A DNA stretch of 58,769 nucleotides, the filler included, from Bacteriovoracaceae bacterium (lineage in GTDB: Bacteria; Bdellovibrionota; Bacteriovoracia; Bacteriovoracales; Bacteriovoracaceae): NCBI GenBank assembly GCA_018649885.1. It is 3 parts of 3 records of this genome, joined end to end, with 100 filler letters (N's around TTAATTAATTAA, not from the genome) between each part and the next. Parts side by side here need not be neighbours in the genome. Positions count along the whole stretch, not along the records: positions 1 to 26,893 come from JABIHA010000114.1; positions 26,994 to 40,183 come from JABIHA010000053.1; 1 more part is not named here. One strand, written 5' to 3'. A model generated the notes under the pieces. That model saw nothing but the letters and a program-made list of their open reading frames with translations, was not told the origin of the DNA and did no database searches. This document shows positions 18,468-28,745 of the stretch, piece after piece (positions within the stretch are counted from its first letter, which is position 1; every line of letters begins with the position of its first letter). A program made the translations under genes and the position numbers.

Positions 18468-20459
18468 TTATTTCTCGATGGTTAGGACTAATTCGTTTTG
18501 GGCCTTGGCGTTTTCTAGGAGGACGACAGCACCTGCACGACTGGTTTTAAAGAACTCGCTTCTTACTTTAAAAGGAAAAAAACCGGCCTGTTCAGTCGAA
18601 AAGCTAATCATCAACTTAGAGCCTGCCATGATTTTTTGTTTCATTGGTGGCAATCGAACTACTACTTTTTGCCTTACATTGAGGCTGACGGGGGCATATG
18701 CTCTGGGGTATTTATGGAGCTTATAAGATGAATCATCAGTTCTTACAACGGAAATATTGGCACTGATAACAGCTCCTGCACTATAGTTACCAAAATTTAA
18801 AACAAATGTTGCAGGTCCATTGACATAAATATCTTCGTCAATACTGATAACGTGAGTAGACGTCTTAGGGTGGCCAGGAAAACCTGTTGCCAAATAATCA
18901 TATAAAAAAGCAACCCCCGATTCATTAGCGCTTAGGATGCCTTTGGGAATTGCTGGCATTGTAGAAGTCGATTTCTGAATTTTGTAAACTTTTTGTGTTA
19001 ATTCAGTGAGCGGGTACTTGTCTCCTGTTATGTAGGTCCTAGCTTTTCTTAGAGATGCTGCTGTTACTTTTTTTATTGAAGACAAATCAACACTTGAGGG
19101 ATCTTTTGAAAAACCATAGAATGCTTTTCCCATTTTAGTTTTTGGAAAATTACCGCAACCATGACCGTAGTGATGGAGGTAAAGAAATGTATTTTTATTT
19201 TCCCTCTTACCATTTTGCACAGCTAAAAAAGATTCTAATGTGTCTCTAGAGTCCTGGTCATTGTCTAGTCCGGCAGACAAAAAGACAGGGAAATTCAAGT
19301 TAAGTAAGTCTAGATCAAGTGTTCTTTGATCTACATAATGTGCTCTTCCTCTTTTCCCGTGGCCTAGATACTCCATTAAATCTTCCCATTCAGCTAAGTC
19401 TCTTCCAATAAGTTTGTTATCGTAATCAGCTAATGGTGCGTTAGTGGTATAGAGGTATCTTAATTTTGTACGGAAGTTTGTAAGCGTTGACCCTTCACCT
19501 TTTCGGTCAGCATATTTAAATAATGCAAGCTCAACTGTATTGCCGGAGGTGAAGCTGTCACTTAAAACATTGATAGGGGCACTACAGGCAAGTACCGCAC
19601 TAATGCCCTTTGTTTTAGATAGTCCAGTGGCAAGGGCATTAAACCCATCATAGGAAACCCCGTAAGGAATAACTTTCCCATTACTAAACGGACTTGTTTG
19701 GATCCATTCGATGGAATCTCCACCATCTGAAATATTATGTTTATGGAGCCATTTGAATTCACCTTGTGAACTATGCACACCACGGTTGGATTGAACTACA
19801 AAGTTGAAGCCTTTTTCTAGAAACGAATTTAGATACTGATTGAGGTAGAAGGTGGCATTTTTAGAGAAGTATGGAGTTCTAAGAAACATTGTGGGCCGTT
19901 TTTCGCCTCTTTTTGAAATGGAAAAGGTACCCATAGTTTTGCCATCACTCATTAGTACATCATCATAAGAAACCTGGTAATTTTTCAATGTTACGAGGCT
20001 AAATTTATTGATACTTTTTCTATTGGACGAGCCAATGACCATTAGCATTTTTAAACTTTTAGTCTGTAGACTTTTGAATTCAACTTCAATTAAGCTGACA
20101 GGTGCTTGCACGGTAATGATTTTTCTTCCCACGCATTTAAATTTCTTTGACTTTAAAGATTGAAGATAACGAAGGGAGTATCCTAGGGCACGCGGTTCAG
20201 GAATCCATTTTTCCAATACAAAGGGATCCACCCCTGATGTAAGCTCACCACAAAAAGCAGTTAAAAAATCATTTTCAAATTTATCACCTGATTGAATAGG
20301 AGAATCTGTATTTATATAGGGATCGATATTATCAGAAGCGAGCTGTTCAGAATTGATTTTAAGGATCTCTTTTTCTAGCTCTACAGTGCGAAGTTCTTCC
20401 CTTCCACATCCAATGGTTATGACGCAAGCGCACAGCAAAAACAGAAATGAAGATTTCAA
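18468..20459 (-). CDS. CocE/NonD family (peptidase S15) alpha/beta hydrolase lipoprotein
   Basis: Lipobox 'TIGC'; 'LRTPY', 'RGVHSSQG' and nucleophile elbow 'GVSYDG'. Confidence 0.85.
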   Translation of the reverse strand: MKSSFLFLLCACVITIGCGREELRTVELEKEILKINSEQLASDNIDPYINTDSPIQSGDKFENDFLTAFCGELTSGVDPFVLEKWIPEPRALGYSLRYLQSLKSKKFKCVGRKIITVQAPVSLIEVEFKSLQTKSLKMLMVIGSSNRKSINKFSLVTLKNYQVSYDDVLMSDGKTMGTFSISKRGEKRPTMFLRTPYFSKNATFYLNQYLNSFLEKGFNFVVQSNRGVHSSQGEFKWLHKHNISDGGDSIEWIQTSPFSNGKVIPYGVSYDGFNALATGLSKTKGISAVLACSAPINVLSDSFTSGNTVELALFKYADRKGEGSTLTNFRTKLRYLYTTNAPLADYDNKLIGRDLAEWEDLMEYLGHGKRGRAHYVDQRTLDLDLLNLNFPVFLSAGLDNDQDSRDTLESFLAVQNGKRENKNTFLYLHHYGHGCGNFPKTKMGKAFYGFSKDPSSVDLSSIKKVTAASLRKARTYITGDKYPLTELTQKVYKIQKSTSTMPAIPKGILSANESGVAFLYDYLATGFPGHPKTSTHVISIDEDIYVNGPATFVLNFGNYSAGAVISANISVVRTDDSSYKLHKYPRAYAPVSLNVRQKVVVRLPPMKQKIMAGSKLMISFSTEQAGFFPFKVRSEFFKTSRAGAVVLLENAKAQNELVLTIEK

Positions 20460-20864
20460 AAAGGGACTCCTTATTAAATGTAAGTTCTAAAGGAGTTTTT
20501 GCTAAAAATTTAACTACTGGCAAGGGTTGTTAGGAAAAGTTAGGTTTTGTAAGTTTGGCCACTGCTCAATATGTGTTCCAACTACTAGTAACACTAAATT
20601 CCTATTTAGATGATCTTACTGCTTTTTTGTAATGAATGGCCGAAGCTTTATTTTCAAGCCCCCACAGCTTCCATGATATTGAATGGTACCACGAAGGTTA
20701 AAAAATTTTTATTCAACTCATAATTTATATTATCGTGTTTCTTTTTATGAAATTTGATTCCATTGCATTGTAAATTTGTAATACTAGGTTCTGCTTCAGA
20801 TTCATGTGTTTACGAAACTTGCAACAAAACTATTGTTGGCAAAAAAAGTAATAGAAGGCGACCG

Positions 20865-20878
20865 TTGATTATCATCAA
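20865..20878. promoter_or_regulatory. Perfect FNR/DNR-type box
   Basis: TTGAT-TATC-ATCAA in the divergent intergenic region 20460-21108. Confidence 0.4.
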
Positions 20879-21108
20879 TTTTTGAAATCTCTTTTGGGGT
20901 TAATTTGTCTAAAATAAGTGGGACAATTTAAAAACGGAAAATTGCAAACAACATGGTTTGGATTTAACGAGCCACAATCAAAAGGTTTTTGAAAGACAAA
21001 TAAATAGGGATTTACACTATCTCTTCGGCGTCTAGCGGCAGCACTCAGTTAAGTTACAGTATTTTTTCCTATCACAGATTCATTCTTTATTGATAGAATT
21101 TCTCTTCC

Positions 21109-23163
21109 ATGAAAATTATTATTTTAATACTTATCATATTGCCACTCGGTTGTAGCAAAAATACTGCAAACCCAGACTATGCTAACTTTACTCTAGTGGT
21201 TGAAAAGAATACTCGCAATGGAGTTCTAAGTGATCCAACAGGCAATGATGACTTCAATTGCTTTGGAGTTATGGTTGAATATGAAGAAGCCTCTGGTCCC
21301 GGCCATTGCAGCGACACCAACTCGAATGTTTTAATTAAACCTAATGTCGCCTTCGGGTCGAAACTAATGGGGGAGGCCATTGGCGGTCAGCTACTAGTTG
21401 GAGCTGATAGGCACTTTGCTGTGGTTGGCTTTCAATCAAATCTTCCTTGTCCTACTTTGAATACGGCCTTGAATTCGGTGGCATCAGACAACTCCTATCC
21501 TTATCTTTTGGGTACTGTGACACAAGATATACTGGAGGGAGAAAATACGATTGCCCTTGGTGCTTCCTTTAGTGGTAGTACTAAAATTACAGAATGTACT
21601 GGAGTTGTAGTCTACGGCTCAGCAGGAGCTGCTGCTGCGACTGTGGCTCCGTCAAGCTTAAGCTACAGTCGCCATTACTCAGCATTTGTAGACGGTGTTG
21701 TCGGTACAAGTAACACCGCCACAATGGGAGCAGGGGACGCTATAACTTACTCAATACTACCAGATATAAATACCAATTTAGGCCTTAGCTTTGATACTAG
21801 CACGGGAACCATTTCTGGAACCCCCAGCACCAGCGCTGCTGATACAGATTATACTATTACTGCAACTAACACTCTTGGTTCCACAAGTGCAATTATTTCT
21901 GTGAGAGTATTAAATGCTGCAACTACATTTGTAGTAAATAGCGCGGGAGATGGCGCTGACGATTCCCCTAATGGAATTTGCATGAGCTCAGGGTTTTGTA
22001 CTTTAAGGGCCGCCATAGAAGAAAATAATTCTCTAGGTGCAGGAAGTGCAAAAGATATATTTGTACCTATTTCCCATTCACCGATTGTACTAGCAACACA
22101 GCTTTCTATTAGTTCAGGTAGTTTCAACTACTCTATTATTGCTGAGGACCCAACTAATACTCTCTCCGGTGGCGGCTCAAGGCACCTTTCTATTGCGGGG
22201 ACAGGAACAATAATTCTGACCAATTTTAAATTGGAAAATGGTGCCCATGCTACTGAAGATGGTGGATCAATTAAAATTACAGCTGCTGGGACAGTTACAC
22301 TAGAACATCTTTGGTTTGATAATAATGGAGTCACTGGTGGTGCCAATGGGGGGGGAGCCGTTGCTGTTGTTGGAGGAGTAGCAGCAACTGTTAATATTTT
22401 TCATAGTAAATTTACCAATAATTCTTCAGGTAATTTTGCAGGCGCACTTTACTTTGGATCCTCTACTTCTGCGGTTCTTATTGAAGATTCTCTTTTTGAA
22501 ACAAATGCTTCAACTGTTGATGCAGGTGCTATTAAGGCGAGCTCATCGTCTATCACATTAGATATTAAAAGATCACTCTTTAAAACCAATGCCTCAGGGG
22601 GAGGCGGAGGGGTCATATACATTACTGCTGGATCATCAATAACTATTACTAATAATACATTTTATGGAAATGCTGATACACATGCCAGCAATGGAGGAGG
22701 AGCCGTAAGGATGACTACTGGTACGGCCACTTTTCTCAACAATACTTTTTCTAATAATACTTGTGTTGCCACAGCAGCAGGAGGTGCACTTTACAATGGA
22801 TCGGGAACGATAACCCTGCAAAATAATATTTTTGATGGAAATCTTGCGAATTCGTCTCCGGATAGTTGCAAAGCAAGCACAAATATGACCTCAGCAGGGG
22901 GAAACAAATTCTCAGGAGCTGATATTGCATCTGGAAAATGCACTAACTCTGCAGGTACCAATGACATTGCAAGCGACTCTAACATTTTTCTTTCTGCCCT
23001 TGCTGACAATGGTGGAGTTAACGGAAATTTCACCAATACAATGGCCATATCTGCTGCTAGTACTGCCCTTGACGGCGGGGTTGCAGGCTGTCCAGCCGTA
23101 GATCAAAGAGGTGAGAGTCGGTCTGGTACTTGTGATGCTGGGGCCTACGAGCTTATTCCATAG
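21109..23163 (+). CDS. Surface lipoprotein with putative Ig, CSLREA, beta-helix and choice-of-anchor Q-like domains
   Basis: Lipobox LGC; 'GLSFDTSTGTISGTP'; 'CTLRAAIEE'; GGA(I/L) repeats; C-terminal 'DQRG...CDAGAYE'. Confidence 0.85.
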   Translation: MKIIILILIILPLGCSKNTANPDYANFTLVVEKNTRNGVLSDPTGNDDFNCFGVMVEYEEASGPGHCSDTNSNVLIKPNVAFGSKLMGEAIGGQLLVGADRHFAVVGFQSNLPCPTLNTALNSVASDNSYPYLLGTVTQDILEGENTIALGASFSGSTKITECTGVVVYGSAGAAAATVAPSSLSYSRHYSAFVDGVVGTSNTATMGAGDAITYSILPDINTNLGLSFDTSTGTISGTPSTSAADTDYTITATNTLGSTSAIISVRVLNAATTFVVNSAGDGADDSPNGICMSSGFCTLRAAIEENNSLGAGSAKDIFVPISHSPIVLATQLSISSGSFNYSIIAEDPTNTLSGGGSRHLSIAGTGTIILTNFKLENGAHATEDGGSIKITAAGTVTLEHLWFDNNGVTGGANGGGAVAVVGGVAATVNIFHSKFTNNSSGNFAGALYFGSSTSAVLIEDSLFETNASTVDAGAIKASSSSITLDIKRSLFKTNASGGGGGVIYITAGSSITITNNTFYGNADTHASNGGGAVRMTTGTATFLNNTFSNNTCVATAAGGALYNGSGTITLQNNIFDGNLANSSPDSCKASTNMTSAGGNKFSGADIASGKCTNSAGTNDIASDSNIFLSALADNGGVNGNFTNTMAISAASTALDGGVAGCPAVDQRGESRSGTCDAGAYELIP

Positions 23164-23206
23164 ACAGAGAATCATCTTTATTAATTGAATCCACAGTGTA
23201 TGTTCC

Positions 23207-24220
23207 TTATTTAGGAAACTCATCTCTCATAAACTGAGTTGGATCACTTGAAAAAAGAGAAACAAAGACGTCATAGCTAAAAACAGTATTTTCACTATAA
23301 CCAGCACCAAATCGTGCACCTAGGTAACCAAGGTAGATATCCTCTAGGTTTCTTCTTTTCCAAGTAGAGGGCTCAAAAGGAGCAGGATCTTTAGGGGCAA
23401 TGGTGAGCTGTAATAGTCCACGGATAAGGCTCATGGGGTTAAAATCAAAAAAAGTCTTGGGGATTTTGATTCCAGCGAGGCGACCATTAGTCCAATACTC
23501 ATAAAATGTATTAAGAGAAAAAGGAATGAAGTAGGCCATTGATTTATCTGCAGGGAAATTTTCAGAGAGCCATACAGAAAAATAAGAAATAACATAAAAG
23601 TGATAGAGATTTATCGTTGTATTAATTCCTTTTACCATTGGAGGGTAGGAGGATTCCTTTGGCAATTTTAAAATTCTGCTAGTCAGTGACTCGAAATCTT
23701 TTGCAATGTGCTCAAAACTTGGCCCTTTAACTTTTCTGAATAATTTTATATGGGCGTTGATATGTGGGGCTTGGACAATAAAAGCAAAGTATTTAATAAG
23801 CTCATTTTTGTTCCCGCCGACCTCAGTTAATACCCACTTATAGAAATCATCTGTATTTGGGTTCACTTCCAAATATTTGTTGGCCTTAACAATAAAATCA
23901 AGAGTTTTCTTTTGGCCTATAAATTTTAGGAACTCTGAATAATAAATTGATCCAGCTTCAACTAACCCTTTTTTCGTTTTTACTCGAAAGTCAGTATTTT
24001 CCATTAACGCATCGGCCATGAGCTTGCATTTTTTCTTTGTACTATTTTCCATTGCATAAAGCTTACAGCGTGACTTAATGACACTTGCAGTAGTTTTGCT
24101 AAGGTATTTTGCAACGATAGACATTTTTATATTTTCATTTTTTTTTGTAGCACTAAACAGCGGTGAGCTAAATAATGAAAATACGGTGAGGGTAATTAGA
24201 ATATTTAAATTAGTCGACAT
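23207..24220 (-). CDS. Secreted hypothetical protein
   Basis: 337-aa ORF with a signal peptide; no family recognised. Confidence 0.7.
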   Translation of the reverse strand: MSTNLNILITLTVFSLFSSPLFSATKKNENIKMSIVAKYLSKTTASVIKSRCKLYAMENSTKKKCKLMADALMENTDFRVKTKKGLVEAGSIYYSEFLKFIGQKKTLDFIVKANKYLEVNPNTDDFYKWVLTEVGGNKNELIKYFAFIVQAPHINAHIKLFRKVKGPSFEHIAKDFESLTSRILKLPKESSYPPMVKGINTTINLYHFYVISYFSVWLSENFPADKSMAYFIPFSLNTFYEYWTNGRLAGIKIPKTFFDFNPMSLIRGLLQLTIAPKDPAPFEPSTWKRRNLEDIYLGYLGARFGAGYSENTVFSYDVFVSLFSSDPTQFMRDEFPK

Positions 24221-24315
24221 TGTGAATTTCCCCGATATTTTAGTTTCAGGGGAACATATCCAAGCTTTTTAGGAATGTAAATTGTTATGAGATGAATTTT
24301 GATCTGGAATTAGCT

Positions 24316-25719
24316 TTACTGTTTCAACAAATGGAAGCCATCTAGCAGCTCCTTATCCACCCTTAAATCTTTAAAGTCTTCTGGGAAAGTAAACTCTTGG
24401 CATGCCTTTTTGCGAGCTTGGTCTCTAGGGTTTGTTAACTTTGTATGAAAAGCACCATATTGAAAGGCCTGCATTATGGCGGAAAGAGAATTTTTATAAT
24501 CATTGCTGCCATAAAATTGGCAGTTAAGCCCTAATATTGCATCTAATAAATCTTTTTTATCATTTTGTGAAAGATCTGTTTGACCTTCTCGCTCTCCATT
24601 TAGAGTTTCAATAATTTGCACCGGAATATTAACATCTTGTCCCTCTGTCTCTAGTAGCAGATGCTCTAGCGCTTCTATATTTTTCCCATAGGCTTTGTAA
24701 TCTACAAACCTCATTCCAGCCACAACGAGTGCGTGGTTTCCGCATTCGTCGCGATTCTCAGGATTGACTTGAACTTTACTACCACTAACAATCGGAATAG
24801 CACAGACACTTAAAGCAGCGCTATGGCCTTTTTCTAATGCCCTGACTATCTCGAGATGTTTGTCCTGATCATCTTTACCTGCAAAATCTATAAATTCTCT
24901 CATACCAGTAACACTAGCACTGAGAGTAAAACGATTTTTTTTACATTGAGGTGTAATTAAAGTGTGTGTTAAAAATGATTCAAAGCCATTAGATGCTTCC
25001 AGAGCTCGGTAAATATCGACATCCATACTAATTTGTTGCTTTAGAATCTCAGCCATTATTTTGACTATTTTTTTCTCTTGTCTTGACTGGCGTTTTCCTA
25101 AGAGATGTCTATTATTCACTAGCTCAAAACTATAGAGAGGATTCTCTTTTGAGCAGTCGCATTGGTCTCCTAGGCCTTTACCGACAATTTTAAACCACTT
25201 ACCATAGAATTCTTTAAGCCTTTCAATAACGCAGCCAGGAGAGGGGCTACCATCAATATTTTGACAACGTTTTTTTGAAATTTGGTCATAAGGAGCCTGG
25301 CTTTCGAGGCAGATGCCTTGTTCAGCTCTTGGGTTCTCTTTGGCCAACGCTAACTTTGCAATTGATTCCACTGGCACCCCTTTCTTCGCACCTGGAGCCT
25401 CAGTTAAAACGTTAAAGTAAATTCGAGTAGCATCAAGTACAGAAAGCTCCTTTCCACAATTTTCAGGGTCATCAAGGCACATTTGCTCTTCGCTTAAGGC
25501 AATCGCTGCCATAGAAGCGCATAGATATCTATCTTTTTGGTCTTTTACTTTAGAAGGGAAGCGATTTGTGTAGTCAATCGTGGGACAGTCATCTGCACCA
25601 ATAGCAAAGACACTTATAGGAAAAAGAAATATTAAAAATAATAATATGGTCATTAATTTCACCCTGATTTTTTGTAAACTAGATTTTAGTGAGTGCAGAA
25701 AGTTTGAAACTGCACTCAC
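24316..25719 (-). CDS. Secreted papain-like (C1) cysteine protease homologue
   Basis: 'VKDQKDRYLCAS' (oxyanion Gln and catalytic Cys), 'GICLE..PY' and 'GNHALVVAG' (His). The start is probably the internal ATG at 25653. Confidence 0.65.
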   Translation of the reverse strand: MSAVSNFLHSLKSSLQKIRVKLMTILLFLIFLFPISVFAIGADDCPTIDYTNRFPSKVKDQKDRYLCASMAAIALSEEQMCLDDPENCGKELSVLDATRIYFNVLTEAPGAKKGVPVESIAKLALAKENPRAEQGICLESQAPYDQISKKRCQNIDGSPSPGCVIERLKEFYGKWFKIVGKGLGDQCDCSKENPLYSFELVNNRHLLGKRQSRQEKKIVKIMAEILKQQISMDVDIYRALEASNGFESFLTHTLITPQCKKNRFTLSASVTGMREFIDFAGKDDQDKHLEIVRALEKGHSAALSVCAIPIVSGSKVQVNPENRDECGNHALVVAGMRFVDYKAYGKNIEALEHLLLETEGQDVNIPVQIIETLNGEREGQTDLSQNDKKDLLDAILGLNCQFYGSNDYKNSLSAIMQAFQYGAFHTKLTNPRDQARKKACQEFTFPEDFKDLRVDKELLDGFHLLKQ

Positions 25720-25736
25720 GCATATATTTAAACTAG

Positions 25737-26480
25737 TTAATCAATAATTACTTCAGAATCAGAAGCTCCATCAGTCCCAACTAAATCCGATGGTCCCTCT
25801 GCACTAACGTCATAGATCTCCAGTTTTTCAAGTTTCTGGGCTCGGATCGAGCATTCAAGAAAACCCATTTGTGAGATAGGTTGAAGGTGAGGCATATTGT
25901 AATCAGGATCGGCCAAACGCTCTTCGATTAATTCAAGGTCATTTTTAAGAATTGCTTTTCTTAATCCTTTTGCAGTTAATAGTTTTTTTCTTTTTGTTTC
26001 TGCTTTTGCCTCTAACCTTGGACGAGTTTTTTCTTCCCATCTCTCTTTGGCCTTAGCAAGAATCTTCTTAGAGGTCTTGTTCTTTCGCTCCATTGATTTC
26101 TTTGTAAGAATTAATGGCAGTTCAATTGAGTCTCCAATTTCATGCTCACTTATATCATAAAGAAAGAATTGCTTATTATCTTCTCTTTCAATAGGAGCAG
26201 TACTATTATCAAGTGCCTCTGAAAATTGGTCATTTGTTAATTGATAGCATAGCTCATCTGTATCAGAGTTTCCTGATATAAAGCTTTTATTAACTTTGCC
26301 CCAAGGAGCAAGAGACAACCCAGTAAATGTAATACTTCCGCCTCTTGCTTCAGCATGATTATAGGTAAGTGTTCCTGGAAAAGGTTTTTTCTGTTTGGTT
26401 ACTTCGGTTTCTGTCATGCCATGTACGGCAGATACATTCGCCACAAGAATAGCTACTGATACAATAGTTTTTAAATTCAT
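25737..26480 (-). CDS. Secreted hypothetical protein
   Basis: Signal peptide, SD GGGGGA, Lys-rich helical region. Confidence 0.7.
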   Translation of the reverse strand: MNLKTIVSVAILVANVSAVHGMTETEVTKQKKPFPGTLTYNHAEARGGSITFTGLSLAPWGKVNKSFISGNSDTDELCYQLTNDQFSEALDNSTAPIEREDNKQFFLYDISEHEIGDSIELPLILTKKSMERKNKTSKKILAKAKERWEEKTRPRLEAKAETKRKKLLTAKGLRKAILKNDLELIEERLADPDYNMPHLQPISQMGFLECSIRAQKLEKLEIYDVSAEGPSDLVGTDGASDSEVIID

Positions 26481-26602
26481 ATATTCCCCCCAAAGAAAAG
26501 TGATGGTCTGACTTCTAAAAAGTCTGACGAATAATAAAAATAATTTTTAAGGTTTTGCTTGTCACCCGACAATCAAATGCAATTTTCTTTTGTAGTAATA
26601 AA

Positions 26603-26620
26603 TAGCAAGTAGGATGCCAA
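26603..26620 (-). promoter_or_regulatory. Sigma54 (-24/-12) promoter
   Basis: Minus strand reads TTGGCAT-CCTAC-TTGCTA, matching TGGCAC-N5-TTGC, upstream of 25737..26480. Confidence 0.65.
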
Positions 26621-26753
26621 AATGACAAAACAATAGAAAATAATGGGCAAGTTTTGTTGAGTCTATTCAAGAGCTTGGGCAACTCAATAATGGCTGTTGT
26701 AAGTAAAAAGTGACGAAGTGTAAAAAATTGTTGAAAAATTATACAATTGCCAA

Positions 26754-26893
26754 GTAACTACTCAATAAAAAGAGGCTAGATTTCTAACTAAGCAATTTCA
26801 ATCAGGTTTTGTAGAGCTGGGATTTTGAATTTTTTATTTAATCTGTCTTGCAGGTAATCCCAAAATTCAATGTTTAACTTTCGGCAGGTATGG
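26754..26893 (-). mobile_element. IS66-family element, right end with transposase C-terminus (truncated by the contig end)
   Basis: Minus strand 26892-26788 translates to HTCRKLNIEFWDYLQDRLNKKFKIPALQNLIEIA*. Terminal IR GTAACTACTCAATA at 26754-26767; IS66 IRs begin with GTAA. Confidence 0.8.
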
Positions 26894-26993
26894 NNNNNNN
26901 NNNNNNNNNNNNNNNNNNNNNNNNNNNNNNNNNNNNNTTAATTAATTAANNNNNNNNNNNNNNNNNNNNNNNNNNNNNNNNNNNNNNNNNNNN
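26894..26993. other. Artificial contig linker
   Basis: N44-TTAATTAATTAA-N44, with stop codons in all six frames. Confidence 0.98.
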
Positions 26994-28745
26994 CTTGAAT
27001 CTATAAAGCATTCATTTAACACAGCACCCTCAAGCTTTGTTAAATTTTTTTATTTCGGTGGTTCGTCTCATCTCTACCATGGAGCCGGCAGCTTCCCCAT
27101 CGCCGGCGCCAAGTCCACGCTCGTGGATAATCCGGTTCGACAAAATTGGGGATGGGACGAATTTCACTCAAACGCTATTTTTTTTGAGGACTATTTCAAA
27201 CTAAACGCAAAATACTACAGAGTTATATCAATTAATGAGCTTCCAGCTGTACTGGGCCCTGGAGATTTAGCTAATTTTGGAAACTACACCTTATTTTTTA
27301 GAAAATTAGATATTGATAAAGCAAAAAGATGCCTTGAGATAAGAAGACGAGTTCATAATGCTCATGATGGGGAAGAGCTAATAAACTATGCCTCCAGGGG
27401 AGCAAAAGATGAAAGTGAAGATCTCCTTGATCAGGTCACTTCAGGTGAGGAGTGCTTATATGAAGCCGAGTGCTTTTATATCCTTGAGTCCGATAACCTT
27501 GAAAACTTGTATGATAAATCAAGTGATCTTATCCAATCACTAAGCTCGTATCAGGCCAAGGGATTTATTGAAGACGTATCTCTTTCAAGCTTATTTGATT
27601 CAATTTTCATGGAGGGTGACCCACTTCTAAAGAGATCTCACCTAGTTCCTTCAAGCTATCTCGTTAACATGCTTCCACTAAAAAATGATAAATTATTTAA
27701 AACTGGAATCAGCTTTCATTCAAGACAAGGAGCAGAGTTAAAGATCAATATCTTTGATGAGCTATCAAATAATTTTAATGTTTTAGTTTCAGGTCTTTCA
27801 GGAAGTGGAAAATCAGCTCTGTGCCAAAAAATAATAAAGGAGATGATTACCCATCCAAGCTCCGCAAAGGCCGTCATACTCGATCGTGGTGGTTCATTTT
27901 TAAAACTTGTTAAGTATTTTGAGGGAGATATCTTTGAAGGAAGCTTTAATCCCCTTCAATTTAAAGATCCACGCTACTTAAAAGAATTTATCATCTCTCT
28001 TCTTCCAAAGGACGCTTTAAACTTCAAAGAAGAGACACTTTTATATAAAGGCATCAAAAATGAGATGGAATCTGGATTTTCTGGAGATTTTGGCGAGCTT
28101 ATTGATAGACTTGGCCACTTTATAGAAGATCTCCCCCTCTATCTTGAAGAAACACTTCCCTACTTTGGAAGCTCAAATCTCTCTTTTAAAAATCTAACCT
28201 ATATAGACACCGAAAAATTCTCTGAAAAACTTCTTCCAGGGCTTATTTTATTTCTAATTGAATTTTTTAAGCATATTGAAGGCAAAAAATTTTTCGTCTT
28301 CGATGAGTGCTGGCACCTTCTTGATCGAAACATAAGCTATCTGTCTGAGTCTTATAGAACATTTAGAAAAATCGGAGCATCTGCTCTATCAATAACACAA
28401 AGCTTTGATGATTTTAGTGCAACAGCACTAGGAGAAGTAATCATAAACTCCTCTGATTATAAATTCTTGTTCAGACAAGAGTCCCTGGGCTCGGGGTATC
28501 TTGAAAAATTCGACCTTGGGAATATGCGCACCCTTAAAACTATTAAAGGAAGCTTTTCTGAGTTCTACTTCAAGCACCCCCACTTTAATAAGGTGGTCCG
28601 CTACTATCAAGACCCACTTGAGTACGAACTATTCACAACCCACCACGATGACCAAAGGGAATTTAATAACTTCTCAGGTGATTTTAAAAACTACCTAAAC
28701 TTCAAAGATCTCTTCGAAAAATACGTGAGGCTAAAATATGATTAA
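26994..28745 (+). CDS. VirB4/TraC-like conjugation ATPase (5' truncated)
   Basis: Frame is open from the contig edge. Walker A GLSGSGKS, 'ILDRGGS', Walker B 'FVFDECW', 'RTFRK' and 'ITQS'. Confidence 0.85.
   Translation, partial: LESIKHSFNTAPSSFVKFFYFGGSSHLYHGAGSFPIAGAKSTLVDNPVRQNWGWDEFHSNAIFFEDYFKLNAKYYRVISINELPAVLGPGDLANFGNYTLFFRKLDIDKAKRCLEIRRRVHNAHDGEELINYASRGAKDESEDLLDQVTSGEECLYEAECFYILESDNLENLYDKSSDLIQSLSSYQAKGFIEDVSLSSLFDSIFMEGDPLLKRSHLVPSSYLVNMLPLKNDKLFKTGISFHSRQGAELKINIFDELSNNFNVLVSGLSGSGKSALCQKIIKEMITHPSSAKAVILDRGGSFLKLVKYFEGDIFEGSFNPLQFKDPRYLKEFIISLLPKDALNFKEETLLYKGIKNEMESGFSGDFGELIDRLGHFIEDLPLYLEETLPYFGSSNLSFKNLTYIDTEKFSEKLLPGLILFLIEFFKHIEGKKFFVFDECWHLLDRNISYLSESYRTFRKIGASALSITQSFDDFSATALGEVIINSSDYKFLFRQESLGSGYLEKFDLGNMRTLKTIKGSFSEFYFKHPHFNKVVRYYQDPLEYELFTTHHDDQREFNNFSGDFKNYLNFKDLFEKYVRLKYD

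Noticed and set aside
20460..21108. Possible decayed gene in the 650-nt intergenic region
   Set aside because: Only short broken frames with no recognisable motif.
26938..26949. TTAATTAATTAA palindrome (also at 40228-40239)
   Set aside because: It is an assembly spacer embedded in N runs, not biological sequence.
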